The position numbers and the translations under genes are program-made. Positions 62,095 to 64,000 of a DNA stretch of 64,000 nt are shown one piece after another. The notes below the pieces were generated by a model that made no database searches, was not told where the DNA came from, and saw only the letters and a program-made list of their open reading frames with translations. Each line of letters starts with the position of its first letter. The first letter of the stretch is position 1. The DNA comes from Protoeuglena noctilucae (taxonomy: Eukaryota). Location of the stretch: NCBI GenBank assembly GCA_958009085.1, contig OY253682.1, forward strand, positions 310,001-374,000, read 5' to 3'.

Positions 62095-64000
62095 ATGACC
62101 AAGGAACCCGCTGTCACCATTGCATGGCGGAATGTCACGGTGAGCGCGCGGGGAAATCGACTTTGTTCATCCATGAGCACATCCCTGAGGCCCGCTGCCC
62201 GCTTGCTTATTCGCTTATCTCCCACGACCAGCGCTTTGTAAACGTACGTGGAAGCGCTTCGTGCGCGTGTTTTCCCGATCGTGTGCCAGGATCGCCCGCA
62301 TCCACACCGTTGTCCCCGATCCTGCAACATGACCCAGTGGATCGCGATCTGGGCCTGCGCCGCCGCAGGTGGACGCCGTGGACAGCAAGGGCAATGCGAA
62401 GCAGATCCTGAAGGGCGTGGACGGCTACTGCGAGCCGGGCCACATGCTGGCGATCATGGGTCCGTCGGGGAGCGGCAAGTCGACAATGCTCGACACGTTG
62501 TCAGGGCGCATGACCGGCAACGTCCGCATCGACGGCGAGATGGCCGTCAACGGCCGCGCCGCGTCGCTCGTCTACGGCAAGGCGGCCTTCGTCTCCCAGG
62601 TGACAGGACGCCCTGTTGCAGTCCATGACCCACCAACACCGCTGCCAGCCGCAGCCAGAGGCTCACCTTCCTGCGCGGCACGCCAAACACCACGCACAGT
62701 GTGCGATGAGGTGCACGATGCCTCAGCTGCGCTTTAAACCTCAGCTGCGTTCCAACCCTTACCATGCACATCAACATGCTTGTGCCCGCAGGACGATGTG
62801 CTGATTGGCACCCTGACGGTCCGCGAGACGCTCACGTTCGCCGCGAACATCCGCGTCCCCGGCCTGACCGTCGCCGAGCGCCGGCGCCTGGTGGACGGCA
62901 TCCTGGAGGACCTGGGGCTGACCACGGCCGCCGACACGTACGTCGGCAACTGGCACCTGCGGGGCCTGTCGGGTGGGCAGAAGCGCCGCCTGTCCATCGG
63001 CGTCGAGCTCATCACGTCGCCCCGCCTCATCTTCCTGGACTAGCCCACCTCGGGCCTCGACTCGGCCGCGTCCTACTACGTGATGCTCGCCGTCCGCCGC
63101 ATGGTCGAGGAGGGGCGCACCGTGGTGTCGGTCATCCATCAGCCGCCCTCGGAGGTGTACGACCTGTTCGACAAGCTCCTTCTGCTGTCGGAGGGCCGCA
63201 TGGTCTACTTCGGCGACGCCAACAAGGCCTCGATCACCTTCAAGGAGGCGGGGCTGGTCAAGCCCCCGAACCAGGGTGAGCAATGAGCGCGGCGGGAGTG
63301 CGTCTGATGGGTACCCGAGCAGCGGACCTCGCCGGGGGTCGTCATGATTGCATTTGTCCCGCCGTCGCCATGCTGTGTGAGGGTGCATTGTGCTGTGGCC
63401 CATGACTGCACTGCATGTGGCTGGTCCTCGCAGGCGAGGCGGACTTCTACCTCCACTGCATCAACAAGGACTTCTCAAACGCAAGCGAGGGCGTCGGGGG
63501 CGCCGTCAAGGTCGACGTCGAGGAGACCACAGAGTGAGTGACACTGACTCGTGACAGGGCGATGTGTGGTAGTGAAACAGTGGTCGTTGGTGGGGTAGTG
63601 AGTGGCGGGGCAGCGCAGTGAGTGGTGGGGGAGTAAGTGGTGGGGCAATGACTGGTAGTGCAGTGAGTGGCGGGGCACTCACGAAGGCACCCGGCATCGT
63701 GATCGCAACCCCATAATCACCGTCCGCCCCGCCCGTGTCCCAGGAAGCTGATCTCGACCTTCCGCAAGAGCAAGCGGTTCGGGGAGGTCCAGGACAAGGT
63801 AGACCGTCTGATGAAGATGGACGGGGAGCCTGCCCAGCCGCAGCCCACGCGGGGGTGGCTGACGCAGACGTACTACGTCACGCTGCGCTTCCTCTACGAC
63901 TACTCCCGCAACATGGGGGCCTTCGGGCTCCGCATGGGCATGTACACGAGTGAGGGCTGGGCCGCTATCGGCTGCTGTGCTTTGGCAGGGTACTGCGAGG
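62095..64000 (+). CDS. ABCG: ABCG (white-type) half transporter, 3' partial, with an in-frame TAG at 63041
   Basis: IAWRNVT|..ILKGVDGYCEPGHMLAIMGPSGSGKSTMLD; AFVSQ|DDVLIGTLTVRETLTFAA; signature LSGGQKRRLSIG; LIFLD*PTSGLDSAA; H-loop VIHQP; ADFYLHCINKDF; later WLTQTYYVTLRF..YSRN. Confidence 0.85.

Noticed and set aside
63041..63043. Alternative nuclear genetic code with TAG/TAA as sense codons
   Set aside because: TAG plausibly terminates genes at 3936, 26845, 55594 and 60709, and TAA at 42577 and 45962. No other in-frame TAR was seen in conserved exons.

Overview
GC-rich, intron-rich eukaryotic nuclear DNA, most likely from a chlorophyte green alga. That assignment is inferred from a plastid pyruvate kinase, a TGD4-like gene and many GC-AG introns; a pedinophyte-like genome would fit but cannot be confirmed from sequence alone. 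Most long ORFs in the six-frame track are GC artefacts, so I built spliced gene models by eye and exon boundaries are provisional. The flanks carry conserved genes. Left flank: a coiled-coil protein, a WNK-like kinase, a putative plastid protein, plastid pyruvate kinase, a very large CW/PWWP/chromo/SNF2-like gene with degenerate ATPase motifs, and two tandem membrane Cys-motif paralogues. Right flank: TGD4-like, ANKZF1/Vms1-like, cytochrome b5, PCGF/BMI1-like RING, HIRA, BET3 and an ABCG transporter with TAG at the Walker-B glutamate. The main discovery is at 30.9-45.7 kb: a cluster of eight small multi-exon genes that the ORF track does not show as intact ORFs. They encode secreted pre-pro-peptides with the layout signal peptide | phase-1 intron | short pro-region ending R-x-L | Gly/Tyr-rich and/or 'GQIN..GGG.G.NNLINQAV' repeats. 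The cluster is organised around a 2984-bp apparently identical inverted repeat (31456-34439 / 37011-39994). This repeat duplicates one gene, gives two genes the same promoter and signal exon, and leaves a truncated methyltransferase copy. Separately, introns in the left 27 kb contain decayed 'echo' copies of their own exon end plus donor site.
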